Source: Rhodospirillaceae bacterium
GTDB lineage: Bacteria > Pseudomonadota > Alphaproteobacteria > UBA6615
Direction: 5' to 3'
Assembly: GCA_002724635.1 (NCBI GenBank)
Contig: PBPM01000101.1
Location: forward strand, 48,565 to 112,564
DNA: 64,000 nt
The notes beneath the pieces are model-generated. The model did not search any database and was not told the DNA's origin. It saw only the letters and a list, made by a program, of their open reading frames with translations. Position 1 is the stretch's first letter, and every line of letters starts with the position of its first letter. Positions 13,516-22,522 of this stretch are shown in pieces. The translations under genes were made by a program, and so were the position numbers.

Positions 13516-15456
13516 ATGAGTAAACCGTCCCAGAAGAAACTCCGCGAGGCCACTAGGGGCCCGGCGAAGAAAACACCCACCCGTCCGGCGCACGCGCCGT
13601 CCAGCCTGCTGTGGCGGGTCACGAAATGGTTACTGGTGCTCGGCATCTGGGGCGGGTTGGCACTGGCCGGGCTGCTGGCTTGGTTCGCATGGAATTTGCC
13701 GAACGTCGATGCACTCGGCCCTACTGCAGACAAGATGCGTCGTCCCGGCGTGACTATCGTCGCGGCCGACGGGTCATTGGTCGCCGGCTATGGTGATCTG
13801 TATGGCGCGCGGCTGACGGTGAACGAGCTACCACCTCAGCTCGTGCAGGCTGTGGTCGCGATCGAGGACCGTCGTTTCTTCGAGCATTCGGGCGTGGATC
13901 TGCGCGGGATCGCGCGTGCGGCGTTGGCGAACCTGCGCGCCGGCGGGGTCGTTCAGGGCGGGTCGACCCTGACCCAGCAGCTGGCTAAGAACCTGTTTCT
14001 GACCCCGGAACGGTCCTTTGAGCGCAAGCTCCGCGAGCTGATATTGGCCGTTAATCTCGAGCGCCGCTTCGAGAAGGACGAGCTACTCACCATTTACCTG
14101 AACCGAGTTTATCTCGGGGCTGGCACCTATGGGGTCGAAGCGGCGGCGCAGCGCTATTTCGGGACCTCGGCGCGCGATATCGACACCTACCAGGCAGCGG
14201 TCTTGGCTGGACTGCTGCGAGCACCCTCTCGGCTTAACCCTGACAACAGCGAGGCAGCGGCGCATAACCGGGCCCGCACAGTGCTAGGGACGATGGCGGA
14301 TGCGGGCTTCCTTACCGCGGAAGAGGCGGTGAAAATTGGGCACACGCGCTGGCCCGGTCGGGGGAACGAGGCGCTGCCGCGTCCACGCGCCAGCGGTGAG
14401 GCCCGGCGGTATTTTGCCGACTGGGCGCTGGAGCGCGCGGCGGGGTTCGCCGGTACCACCAGTGCGGACCTTGCGGTCGAGACCACCCTCGATCCCGCGT
14501 TTCAGGCACACGCCGAGGCTGCGATCGCGCGGGCGGATACCAAAGGCGCACAGGTTGCGATGGTCGCAATGCGCAGCGATGGTGCAGTGCTGGCGATGGT
14601 AGGCGGCCGCCGTTACGGCGAGAGCCAGTTCAACCGAGTGACCCGGGCGTTGCGCCAGCCCGGTTCCGCATTTAAGCCGATCGTCTATCTGCCGGCGCTC
14701 GAATCCGGGATGACCCCCGACAGCCGGGTGCGCGACGCCGCGATTACCGTGGATGGCTGGACCCCCCAGAACTTCTCCCGGAGTTTTCGCGGTGAGGTCA
14801 CCTTGCGCGAGGCAGTTGCTCGGTCGCTCAACACTGTCGCGGTGCGCGTTGCCGAAGACATCGGTCGTGGCCGGGTCGTGCAGACGGCCCGGCGGCTCGG
14901 TATCACCGCGCAGTTGACCCCGCACCCCTCGATCGCCCTAGGGGCCGGGGAGGTGACGCCGCTCGAGCTGACTGCCGCCTATGCGGTGATTGCCAATGGT
15001 GGGTTCGCGGTCGCACCTTATGGAGTTACTGAGGTCCTTCAGGGGAGCGAGGTCCTGTTCCGCCGCCCGGTCCGCACTCCCCGCCGTGTCATCGAGGCCG
15101 ACGCGGCGGCACAGATGACGGACATGTTGCGCGCCGTCGTTGAGTGGGGCACCGGCAAGGCTGCGAAGATAGGCCGGCCCGCCGCTGGAAAATCGGGCAC
15201 GAGTCAGGATTTTCGAGATGCGTGGTTCGTCGGTTTCGCCGGCGACCTGGTTGTCACAGTCTGGGTCGGGAACGATGACAACAGCCCGACCGCACGGATA
15301 ACGGGTTCGAGCATTCCGGCGGCTATCTGGAAGGACTTCATGTCGACACCGGTTGCGGCTTCAGCGGAGAGTCCCGCACGTGTCGCGCGCACGCCGGCGG
15401 CACGCCCCGTGCACGAGCGGATCAACCGGACCTCCGACGAGCGCCAAACGGACTAG
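13516..15456 (+). CDS. Class A penicillin-binding protein (bifunctional transglycosylase/transpeptidase)
   Basis: N-terminal TM anchor. GT51 motifs EDRRFFEHSGVD and GGSTLTQQLAKN. Transpeptidase motifs SAFKP (SxxK), SLN (SxN) and KSGT. Confidence 0.9.
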   Translation: MSKPSQKKLREATRGPAKKTPTRPAHAPSSLLWRVTKWLLVLGIWGGLALAGLLAWFAWNLPNVDALGPTADKMRRPGVTIVAADGSLVAGYGDLYGARLTVNELPPQLVQAVVAIEDRRFFEHSGVDLRGIARAALANLRAGGVVQGGSTLTQQLAKNLFLTPERSFERKLRELILAVNLERRFEKDELLTIYLNRVYLGAGTYGVEAAAQRYFGTSARDIDTYQAAVLAGLLRAPSRLNPDNSEAAAHNRARTVLGTMADAGFLTAEEAVKIGHTRWPGRGNEALPRPRASGEARRYFADWALERAAGFAGTTSADLAVETTLDPAFQAHAEAAIARADTKGAQVAMVAMRSDGAVLAMVGGRRYGESQFNRVTRALRQPGSAFKPIVYLPALESGMTPDSRVRDAAITVDGWTPQNFSRSFRGEVTLREAVARSLNTVAVRVAEDIGRGRVVQTARRLGITAQLTPHPSIALGAGEVTPLELTAAYAVIANGGFAVAPYGVTEVLQGSEVLFRRPVRTPRRVIEADAAAQMTDMLRAVVEWGTGKAAKIGRPAAGKSGTSQDFRDAWFVGFAGDLVVTVWVGNDDNSPTARITGSSIPAAIWKDFMSTPVAASAESPARVARTPAARPVHERINRTSDERQTD

Positions 15457-15465
15457 GCGGGCCAG

Positions 15466-16689
15466 TCAGTCCGTGCCGCGCTTCAGCGGCATCCAGATCA
15501 GCAGGACGAAAATTAGGAAGGCGAAGACTCCGGATGCACCCATGACGGTTGCCAGCAGGAACGTCTGGTCGAAGGCAAAGAGCGCCAGTACCATCGACAG
15601 TATGCCGGCGGAGACATATTGCGCGAGGCCGAGCAGGGATGCCGCGGCGCCGGCCATCTGGGGATAGGGTGATATGGCGCCCGCCTGAATATTCGGTTGG
15701 GAAATGCCCATGCCGAAGAAATAGACGATTGTGGGCAGGATGATTGACCAGATCGAGATCACATCAAGCCAGATCAGACCGAAGACCACCGTGCCGCTGG
15801 CGGCCGTGCAGAAGGTGCCCATCAGGCACATGCGCTCGACACCGGCGCGGCGCACGATCCGGCTGCCGAGGAAGGCGCCGGACATGAAGCCAACCGACGC
15901 GGCACTGAAGGATAGCCCGAAACTCTCCGGCGACATACCGAGCTGGTCCACGAGCACGAAAGAGGCACCGAGTAGGTAGGCAAACAGGCCGCTGAAGTTA
16001 CCCATCACCGTCAGCACATAGCCCACATAGGCTCGGTTCGAGAGCATTGTACCGAAGTTGCGCAGCATCTGACTCGCCCGGGTGGCCGTCGGGTCGGGAT
16101 TCTTGTTGGTCTCTGGCAGAAGCACGATCACGAGCAGCATTGCGCTGGCGCCGAACCCGGTCAGGATCCAGAAATTCGCCCGCCAGCCGAGCCAGACGAC
16201 TATAAAGCCGCCTAGTACCGGGGCGATCACGGGTGCGATTGCGACGACCGTCGTGACCACCGAATACATGCGCGCGGCCTCTTCGCGGGTGAACATGTCA
16301 CGCACAACTGCACGGGCGACGACCGGCGCCGCCGCTGCGCCAATCGCCTGAAACAGTCGGAATATTATCAGCTGCTCTACGCTGGTAACCAGTGCACAGG
16401 CGACGCTTGCGACTAGGTAGATCGACGTACCTAGCATGATTGTGGGCTTTCGCCCGAAGCGATCGGAGACCGGCCCGAAGAAGGTCTGAGACAGCGCGAA
16501 GCCAACCATGTAGACGCTGAGTGTGAGCTGGATCGATTTCGCATCCGTCCCTAGCTCGCGCGACATTATGGGAAAGGCCGGCAGATAAAGGTCAATCGTC
16601 ATCGGCGCAAACGAGACGAGGAGACCGAGCAGCAGGGCCATCGCGAGACGACCGGGCGGCGGCCGTCCGCTGTTGGCGACGAAGCTCAT
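15466..16689 (-). CDS. MFS transporter, Bcr/CflA drug-resistance subfamily
   Basis: 407 aa with about 12 hydrophobic segments, MFS motif A GPVSDRFGRKP, and a Bcr-like N-terminus (MTIDLYLPAFP). Confidence 0.85.
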   Translation of the reverse strand: MSFVANSGRPPPGRLAMALLLGLLVSFAPMTIDLYLPAFPIMSRELGTDAKSIQLTLSVYMVGFALSQTFFGPVSDRFGRKPTIMLGTSIYLVASVACALVTSVEQLIIFRLFQAIGAAAAPVVARAVVRDMFTREEAARMYSVVTTVVAIAPVIAPVLGGFIVVWLGWRANFWILTGFGASAMLLVIVLLPETNKNPDPTATRASQMLRNFGTMLSNRAYVGYVLTVMGNFSGLFAYLLGASFVLVDQLGMSPESFGLSFSAASVGFMSGAFLGSRIVRRAGVERMCLMGTFCTAASGTVVFGLIWLDVISIWSIILPTIVYFFGMGISQPNIQAGAISPYPQMAGAAASLLGLAQYVSAGILSMVLALFAFDQTFLLATVMGASGVFAFLIFVLLIWMPLKRGTD

Positions 16690-17375
16690 TGCAGCTCGAT
16701 CTTCGTGCCATTCGCCGCGGCGGCGTCGGCTGGGTCATGGGTGACGAGTAGTGCGGGAATACCATTGGCGCGTGAATGTTCGAACACGAAGTCGCGTATC
16801 CGGTCGCGCAGTCCGGCGTCGAGCTTTGAGAAGGGCTCGTCCAGCAGGAGCGCACGCGGGCGAGACAAGAGGCTGCGCATGAGCGCAACCCGCGTCCGCT
16901 GCCCTCCTGACAGGGTCGTCGGGTCACGGTCGGCCATGCCGGGGAGTCCGGCGTCATCAAGCGCGATCTCTATTCGCGTCCGCCGCGCTTCGCGTCCGCG
17001 GATATCGGGTGGTAGCCCGAAGGCGAGATTCTCGCCCACCGATAGATGCGGAAACAGGAGATCGTCCTGAAAGAGGATGCCGATGTTGCGCTGGTCGGGT
17101 GGTAATCCGTCGAGCCGTGTTTCGCCTAGGGTAACGTCGCCGCGCGCCGTGAACGCAGGGGCTAGCGTGCCGCAGATATGGCTGAGCAGGGAAGACTTGC
17201 CGCAGCCGCTCGGGCCCATGATAGTGGCCACCTCGCCGGCTCTGACAATAATGTTCAGCGGCGCGAACAGGTGCACGCCGTCGAGGCTCAGCGTTACGTC
17301 CTTGAGTTCGAGGGAATCGTCTGTGTTGTGGGGCATGTGGCGTCTGTCCGGCTGAGGCGAGGAATCGACATTCAT
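16686..17375 (-). CDS. ABC transporter ATP-binding protein (stand-alone NBD, no cognate permease nearby)
   Basis: Walker A GPSGCGKSS, Q-loop LFQDDLLF, signature LSGGQRTRVAL, Walker B LLLDEPFSKLD, H-loop LVTHD. The stop overlaps the MFS ATG (ATGA at 16686-16689). An alternative start is ATG 17336. Confidence 0.85.
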   Translation of the reverse strand: MNVDSSPQPDRRHMPHNTDDSLELKDVTLSLDGVHLFAPLNIIVRAGEVATIMGPSGCGKSSLLSHICGTLAPAFTARGDVTLGETRLDGLPPDQRNIGILFQDDLLFPHLSVGENLAFGLPPDIRGREARRTRIEIALDDAGLPGMADRDPTTLSGGQRTRVALMRSLLSRPRALLLDEPFSKLDAGLRDRIRDFVFEHSRANGIPALLVTHDPADAAAANGTKIELQ

Positions 17376-17533
17376 GAGAATACTGGCGAATTCGCGCCCT
17401 GACAGCCCCGGGACCTAGTTCACGGTAATGCCAGTCCTGCAGCGCGTCGCTTTACGGCCTTGTGAGTAACCGATATGAGGAATAGGTGTCTGGCCCATGA
17501 ATGCGACCGGGACGATTCAGAGGGAACACTGAA

Positions 17534-18451
17534 ATGTCGAATTCTACCCCAGCGGACGGTGGTGACGTCAGGTGGCTGCCGCTCCTTCTTTTGATAATGC
17601 TCGGCGCCATCTGGGGTGGGAACCCTGCTTTCTCGAAGGCGCTCGTGACTAACGGAATCTCGCCGCCGGCGGTCGTTTTCTGGCAGACCCTCGGTGCCGG
17701 AATCCTTTTGTCGATCGTGTGCCTTGTGCGGCGAACGCCGATTCGGATCAACCGGCGGGCGATCATTTACTATGTGATGATCGGTGTGATCGGCATCGAC
17801 CTTGCCTACATCATGCTGGTCTTCTCGGTTAGGCATCTGACGGTGGGTTATGTCTCTGTACTGGTCCTGTTTTCGCCCCTCCTGACCTATGTCTTCGCCA
17901 TTCTGCTGCGGGTTGAGCGGCTCAACCTGCTTCGTGGCCTAGGTATCCTCGTAGGGTTCGCTGGGGCCGGCGTACTGGTCATCCCCGAAGGCAGCCTGCC
18001 GTCGCCCGAATTGCTCGGGGTGGCGCTGCTGGCCTTCATCGTGCCCGCGGGCTACGCGACCGCGAACATCTATGCCGAATGGGGGCGTCCGGAGAATGTG
18101 GACAATGTTGCGCTTGCGGCCGGCACCATGTTCGCCGCCGCGGGCGGGGCGTTGGTAGTGGCGCTGATCGACGGAAGCTTCCATCCCGTCTGGGCGGATT
18201 TTGCCTATCGCGAGATGGTCCTCTTTGGCTTTGCGTTTACCACCGCCGTTGCGTTTCTCACGTTCTATCTGATTGTCGCCCTAGCCGGCGCTGTCTATCT
18301 GGGTCAGGTGGGGTATCTCGTCACGCTGTTCGGCGTTGGCTGGGGCGTGCTGTTCTTCGGCGAGGGCGTGCCTGTTATGCTTTGGGTCGCGATCGTGATC
18401 GTCGGCGTCGGGGTGGGGCTGGTCAATCTCGGCAAGACGAAGGCTGCATGA
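17534..18451 (+). CDS. DMT superfamily (EamA-like) transporter, copy 1
   Basis: About 10 TM segments with duplicated EamA-type halves. ATG 17534 (MSNSTPADGG) is preferred over the ORF-track start 17501. Confidence 0.8.
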   Translation: MSNSTPADGGDVRWLPLLLLIMLGAIWGGNPAFSKALVTNGISPPAVVFWQTLGAGILLSIVCLVRRTPIRINRRAIIYYVMIGVIGIDLAYIMLVFSVRHLTVGYVSVLVLFSPLLTYVFAILLRVERLNLLRGLGILVGFAGAGVLVIPEGSLPSPELLGVALLAFIVPAGYATANIYAEWGRPENVDNVALAAGTMFAAAGGALVVALIDGSFHPVWADFAYREMVLFGFAFTTAVAFLTFYLIVALAGAVYLGQVGYLVTLFGVGWGVLFFGEGVPVMLWVAIVIVGVGVGLVNLGKTKAA

Positions 18452-18476
18452 ACTGCCTGTTGCTGGGAGCCATCGC

Positions 18477-19412
18477 ATGACCGAGTCCAGTCTCGGGCGC
18501 ATGAATGTCCGGATGCTGCCGCTCGTCCTTCTGCTGGTGCTGAGCGTCATCTGGGGGCTCGGGCCGTCGATCGTCAAGTTCGTCGCCCTCGACGGAGTGC
18601 CGCCGCTGGGCATGGTTGTGTGGCAAACTGGGCTGGCGGGGGTCATCCTGCTCGGCATCTGCCTGCTGCGCCGGGTTCCGCTGATCTTCGATGTTCCACA
18701 CCTACGTTACTATCTGGTCATGGGCTGGGTCGGCCTCGCACTGCCGAACACCAACATGGTGTTCGTGATGCGCGAACTACCGGTGGCGCTGATGGGAGTC
18801 ATCATTATCACGGCGCCCGTGATCACCTATGTGGTGGCACTTTTTATCCGGCTCGAGACCTTTACCCCGATGCGCGCGGCCGGGGTGGTGCTCGGCTTCG
18901 CGGGCGCTGCCGTGCTGGTGTTGCCAAGCGGCAGCCTGCCCACGCCGGAGTTGCTGCCCACCGCGTTGCTGGCTTTTGTAACGCCGGCTCTATGGGCGAC
19001 CAGTAACGTCATAGCTGAGGTCTGGCGGCCGAAGGGCGGCGACACCTTCGCGTTGGCCATGGGCACGATGTTCGCGGCCGCCTCGGGCGCACTGCTGGTT
19101 TCCCTGTTCACCGACTCGTTTCATCCGATCTGGATCGATTTCGGGGTGAGCGACTGGGTGATCCTGATTTATGCCGGGATAACCGTGTGCGCCTTCGCGC
19201 TGTTCTACACGATCGTCAAGCTGGTCGGTGCGGTGTATCTGGCGCAAGTCGGCTATCTGGTGCCAATCATGGGAGTCGGCTGGGGTGCCTGGTTCTACGG
19301 TGAGGAGCCGACGGTCTGGCTCTGGCTCGCCATGGGGCTGGTGTTCGCTGGCGTCGCGCTGGTCAATCTGGGCAAGAGGTTGCCTGCCGCGGGAGCTACG
19401 CCCGCGGACTAG
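18477..19412 (+). CDS. DMT superfamily (EamA-like) transporter, copy 2 (paralogue of the upstream gene)
   Basis: 311 aa, colinear with copy 1. Shared blocks include GFAGA.VLV.P.GSLP.PELL, ALLAF..PA, GTMFAAA.GAL, SFHP.W.DF, GAVYL.QVGYLV and LVNLGK. Confidence 0.8.
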   Translation: MTESSLGRMNVRMLPLVLLLVLSVIWGLGPSIVKFVALDGVPPLGMVVWQTGLAGVILLGICLLRRVPLIFDVPHLRYYLVMGWVGLALPNTNMVFVMRELPVALMGVIIITAPVITYVVALFIRLETFTPMRAAGVVLGFAGAAVLVLPSGSLPTPELLPTALLAFVTPALWATSNVIAEVWRPKGGDTFALAMGTMFAAASGALLVSLFTDSFHPIWIDFGVSDWVILIYAGITVCAFALFYTIVKLVGAVYLAQVGYLVPIMGVGWGAWFYGEEPTVWLWLAMGLVFAGVALVNLGKRLPAAGATPAD

Positions 19413-20335
19413 GCGGCGAGCTGGAATTTTGCCACCGCGAGCCGCTCGCTGACCGTCGCGAGATCGGCCTCGCTCGCGGGCGTGAAGGGCGGGCGCAGGT
19501 GAGCGAAGTCCGGGGCGTTGCGCTCGCGTGCATGATAGGCCTTCATCACCGGGACCGCGGGCAGACCCTTGAAGGCCATACGCAGCTCGGTCAGATGGTT
19601 CTGCGACGCATCCACATTGCCGCCGCGCCAGTTTGCGTAAACGGCTTGTGCTTGGGGTGCATTGACGTTCACGGTTGCCGAGATGCAGCCGACAGCACCC
19701 TGGCGAAGTCCAGCCAGCAGGAACTCCTCGGAACCGGGGAACAGCCGGAAGCCGGGAAGTTCCGCGAGGGTGCGCTCCATGCGCTGCCAGTCGCCTGACG
19801 AATCCTTCGAGCCGACGACGGTATCGGGATAGGCCTCGACTAGCCGGGCGATCAGGCTGAGCGGCAGTTCGAAGCCGACCTGTTGAGGGAAGTTGTAGAG
19901 ATATATCTGTAGCGCCGTATCGCCAACCCGCTCAATGACCTCTGCATAGGCCGCAAACAGCCCATCCTCGCTCGGTGCCTTGTAGTAGAAGGGCGGCAGC
20001 ATGAGTACGCCACTGGCGCCGTTGGCTAGAGCCTTTCGGGTGAGGGTGACCGTGTCGGGAATCGCTGTGCAGCCGACGCCCGCGATCAGCTGTGGGCCGG
20101 TGATGTCGGCATCGGCCAGCGCGTCGAGCAGCATTAGGCGTTCGTCGATCGACAGGGAGTTCGCTTCGCCGGTGGTGCCGAGCGGGGCCACGCCGTCGCA
20201 GCCATTTGCGAGTAGCCACTGATTGTGGGCGACAGCGGCTGGCATGTCGATTTCGAGTTCGGCTGTCATCGGCGTTAGCGAAGCGGCGAAGACGCCTGCG
20301 GGTTGATTGGTCATTTTGTTCTCCCAGAATCCCAT
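19409..20335 (-). CDS. Dihydrodipicolinate synthase / N-acetylneuraminate lyase family protein (specificity unknown)
   Basis: 308 aa with DHDPS-family motifs PLGTTGEANSLS, and VVGSKDSSGD carrying the Schiff-base Lys position. A possible later start is MTNQPAG. Confidence 0.8.
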   Translation of the reverse strand: MGFWENKMTNQPAGVFAASLTPMTAELEIDMPAAVAHNQWLLANGCDGVAPLGTTGEANSLSIDERLMLLDALADADITGPQLIAGVGCTAIPDTVTLTRKALANGASGVLMLPPFYYKAPSEDGLFAAYAEVIERVGDTALQIYLYNFPQQVGFELPLSLIARLVEAYPDTVVGSKDSSGDWQRMERTLAELPGFRLFPGSEEFLLAGLRQGAVGCISATVNVNAPQAQAVYANWRGGNVDASQNHLTELRMAFKGLPAVPVMKAYHARERNAPDFAHLRPPFTPASEADLATVSERLAVAKFQLAA

Positions 20336-20356
20336 CGCTTTTTTAAACGGGATTCC

Positions 20357-20857
20357 TCACCCTGTCTCTGGGTCTTTCGGCGGGGTACCGAGCGGAGGCA
20401 TGCCGTTCCCTAGCTCCTTGTTGAGCTGACGGATCACATGGTCTTCGAGATCATCCACCATGTCCTCGTTGATTGCCTTGCCGCGCACCGAGGCACCCGA
20501 ACTGTGGACGGCCTCCCGATCACCCGAAACCAGAGGGTGCCACCAGAATAGCTCCTTGCCCTCTGCGAGGAGCCGGTAGGCACAGGTCTCGGGCATCCAG
20601 CGCAGCTTGGCGATGTTGTCAGGTGCGACCTTCACGCAATCGGGCACATTGCGGCTTCGGTTTCGGTAATCGCTGCATTGGCAGCTGTTGTGATCGAGAT
20701 AGCGGCAGGCGACGTCGGTCAGCGCGAACTCGCCCGTATCGGCATCCTCGAGCTTGAAGAGACAGCACTGGCCGCAGCCGTCGCAAAGAGATTCCCATTC
20801 CGCCTCGTCCATCTCGGCGAGTCCCTTGGTCTCCCAGAATCGGGTCGTGTCGTTCAT
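20357..20857 (-). CDS. ycgN: YcgN/UPF0260-family Cys-cluster protein
   Basis: ATG at 20855-20857 (MNDTTRFWETKGL...) with the motif CDGCGQCCLFK and further conserved Cys (ACRYLD, CQCSDY). The start overlaps the cobB stop (ATGA). The longer ORF-track version overlaps cobB and is rejected. Confidence 0.8.
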   Translation of the reverse strand: MNDTTRFWETKGLAEMDEAEWESLCDGCGQCCLFKLEDADTGEFALTDVACRYLDHNSCQCSDYRNRSRNVPDCVKVAPDNIAKLRWMPETCAYRLLAEGKELFWWHPLVSGDREAVHSSGASVRGKAINEDMVDDLEDHVIRQLNKELGNGMPPLGTPPKDPETG

Positions 20858-22197
20858 GCTTCTACCCGGTCGATCAGGTGAATGAAGGATCCCGATACCG
20901 TGCCCGCGACGGCGCCCGCCGCCCCGAGCGACTCTCCTCGTGCATTCATGGTCTTGAAAAGGGGCGTCTGCGTCGGTTCCTTGACCACGGAGGCATAGTG
21001 AAACTCGTGTCCTCGGTACCGGTCGCCCGCAGTGCCTAGCGCCCCGTCGGCGCATAGTTCCGCCTCTCGGTAGCCGAGATGCAGTCGTCGGTGGGCGAAG
21101 CTCGTCTCGACCGGCAACAGACCGGCCATCGCATGGCGTATGCCGTCGGCGTCGATGAGGCCGCGACCGAGGATCATGTAACCGCCGCACTCGCCAAAGA
21201 TTATGGCGCTGCGCGCGGCCGCGTCACGTAGTCCGCCGAGGAACGCTTTTGCCGTTGCGAGGGTTCCGGCATGAAGCTCGGGGTAGCCCCCGGGCAGGTA
21301 GATCGCGCCAGCTTTGGGGTCCGGCGCCTCGCCGGCGAGCGGCGAGAAGGCCAGGATTTCGGCGCCCGATGCGCGCCAGCCGTCGAGGATGTCGGGATAG
21401 CAGAAGGCGAATGCCCGGTCCCGGGCCACGGCGATCCTTTGCGCGAGGGGCGGCAGCGGCGCCCCCGCGGGCGCTGCCGTTGATGTTGTCCGGACGCTGG
21501 GCCGGGCCAGCGAGACCAGCGCGCCGAGATCGACCTGATCCACGACGGCTTGCGCCGCGGCTGCCAGAAAGGTCTCCAGCTCCTCATGCTCGCCCGCTTG
21601 GACAAGCCCCAGATGGCGTTCGGGCATCGCCAAGGCCGGGTCGCGAACGACTGTACCGAGGATATGTATTTCGGGTGCCGCGGCTTGGGTTGCCGCCTGC
21701 AAAACGGAGGCGTGGGCTGCGCTAGCGACACGGTTGAAAATCACCCCGGCCACCTGCACATCGTCGCGATGCCGGGCGAAGCCGCGTACCAGCGCGCCGA
21801 CGCTCGCCGCCTGTTTCCCGGCGTCGACCACCAACACCACCGGCCAGCCGGTAAGAGCCGCGAGATCGGCGGTCGATCCGGCGTCGGGCCGGTCGGGCAG
21901 ATGCACTCCGTCGAACAACCCCATCACTCCCTCGACTATCAGCGTCTCCGGCGTGCCGGGCCAAGATCTCAGCAACCTTTCTAGGGTTGTCGGGCGCATG
22001 GCCCAGTGATCCAAGTTGAACGCGGGATGACCGCTGGCGGCAGCGTGGAATGCGGGATCGATATAGTCGGGTCCGGCCTTTGCGCCTGCGACCGGCCTGC
22101 CCGCATTGCGCAGCGCGCGCAGCAGGCCGAGGGTTAGTACGGTCTTGCCGCTGCCCGAGGCGGGCGCGGCGATGATCAAGCCTTTGGGGCGGGGCAT
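20854..22197 (-). CDS. cobB: Cobyrinate / hydrogenobyrinate a,c-diamide synthase
   Basis: 447 aa with N-terminal NTPase APASGSGKTVLTLGL...GPDYIDP and a C-terminal glutamine amidotransferase domain GECGGYMILG. Confidence 0.9.
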   Translation of the reverse strand: MPRPKGLIIAAPASGSGKTVLTLGLLRALRNAGRPVAGAKAGPDYIDPAFHAAASGHPAFNLDHWAMRPTTLERLLRSWPGTPETLIVEGVMGLFDGVHLPDRPDAGSTADLAALTGWPVVLVVDAGKQAASVGALVRGFARHRDDVQVAGVIFNRVASAAHASVLQAATQAAAPEIHILGTVVRDPALAMPERHLGLVQAGEHEELETFLAAAAQAVVDQVDLGALVSLARPSVRTTSTAAPAGAPLPPLAQRIAVARDRAFAFCYPDILDGWRASGAEILAFSPLAGEAPDPKAGAIYLPGGYPELHAGTLATAKAFLGGLRDAAARSAIIFGECGGYMILGRGLIDADGIRHAMAGLLPVETSFAHRRLHLGYREAELCADGALGTAGDRYRGHEFHYASVVKEPTQTPLFKTMNARGESLGAAGAVAGTVSGSFIHLIDRVEA

Positions 22198-22207
22198 CGC
22201 GGCGGGG

Positions 22208-22522
22208 TCATGTCGTAATCAGAGAGACGATACCGGAGGCCATGACCGGCAAGGCGACGGTGGGACCGGCGAATGCGCACAGGTGGCGCTGCCGTGGCAC
22301 GACTCCCAGCATGTGTAGGACACCGGCCAGCGTTCCGAGGCTGATGATAAAAGCGTTGAGGCGTGCGGGCAGGCCCAGTTCCCGGTTCATGAGTTCGAGA
22401 TACGCGAACACCGTTAGAGCCGATGGGAGAACCAGGGCCGCGTAGATCATCAACGGAATCTTCGTGGGTGTTTCGGACTCTGGCGTACTCACGCGTTCAG
22501 ACCGCATCGCGCAGATCCCCAT
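22208..22522 (-). CDS. Small hypothetical membrane protein (about 3 TM) inside the cobA-cobB operon
   Basis: 104-aa ORF with three hydrophobic stretches (IPLMIYAALVLPSALTVFAYL, LNAFIISLGTLAGVLHMLGVV, FAGPTVALPVMASGIVSLI). The codon third position is G/C-rich, as in neighbouring genes. It lies 10 nt before the cobB ATG and overlaps the cobA 3' end, so the start may be ATG 22507 or 22453. Confidence 0.5.
   Translation of the reverse strand: MGICAMRSERVSTPESETPTKIPLMIYAALVLPSALTVFAYLELMNRELGLPARLNAFIISLGTLAGVLHMLGVVPRQRHLCAFAGPTVALPVMASGIVSLITT

Noticed and set aside
20858-21190. 5' extension of the ycgN ORF (the 277-aa ORF-track version).
   Set aside because: The extension lies entirely inside cobB in another frame and is Arg/Pro-rich. 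The ATG at 20857 gives a full-length YcgN with an ATGA junction.
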